From Candidatus Poribacteria bacterium (GTDB lineage: Bacteria > Poribacteria > WGA-4E > WGA-3G), in the NCBI GenBank assembly GCA_965205025.1, contig CBDBFU010000015.1:413501-477500 (forward strand): a DNA stretch of 64,000 nt, given 5' to 3'. This document shows positions 63,318 to 64,000 of the stretch, piece by piece. A program made the translations under genes and the position numbers. Under the pieces are notes generated by a model that did not search any database, was not told the origin of the DNA, and worked only from the letters and a program-made list of their open reading frames with translations. Each line of letters starts with the position of its first letter. Position 1 is the first letter of the stretch.

Positions 63318-63332
63318 TGTATTGTCTCCTTA

Positions 63333-64000
<668 letters not shown>

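Overview
Bacterial genomic DNA. The protein repertoire (internalin-type LRRs, lamin-tail domains, dockerins, FlgD-Ig tails, a GKxxTxW C-terminal motif) suggests Candidatus Poribacteria or a relative; this is inference, with no marker gene in the window. Bases 1-41,000 are an entirely minus-strand island of mostly secreted proteins and lipoproteins. It holds three mosaic LRR/FN3/cadherin/Pro-rich/lamin-tail paralogs, two beta-propeller-repeat proteins, cohesin and dockerin proteins, two proteases, a DpnI-like winged-helix-HNH nuclease, apt, and an IS630 interrupting a DMT transporter. Its spacers carry three recurring compact pseudoknot motifs (A and C show compensatory or wobble-preserving changes) and several abandoned gene heads. 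Deeply nested miniature repeats occur at about 21.9, 22.7, 25.8, 29.2, 41.2-42.2 and 48.2-48.5 kb. The visibly more AT-rich right part holds a PrimPol-like orphan, a TonB receptor, sugar-metabolism genes, a dockerin-fused peptide-binding protein, and the end of a suf operon interleaved with toxin-antitoxin genes, including a triplicated MazE-like antitoxin. Five single-base frameshifts at homopolymers may be sequencing errors. All domain calls are by motif recognition, not database search.
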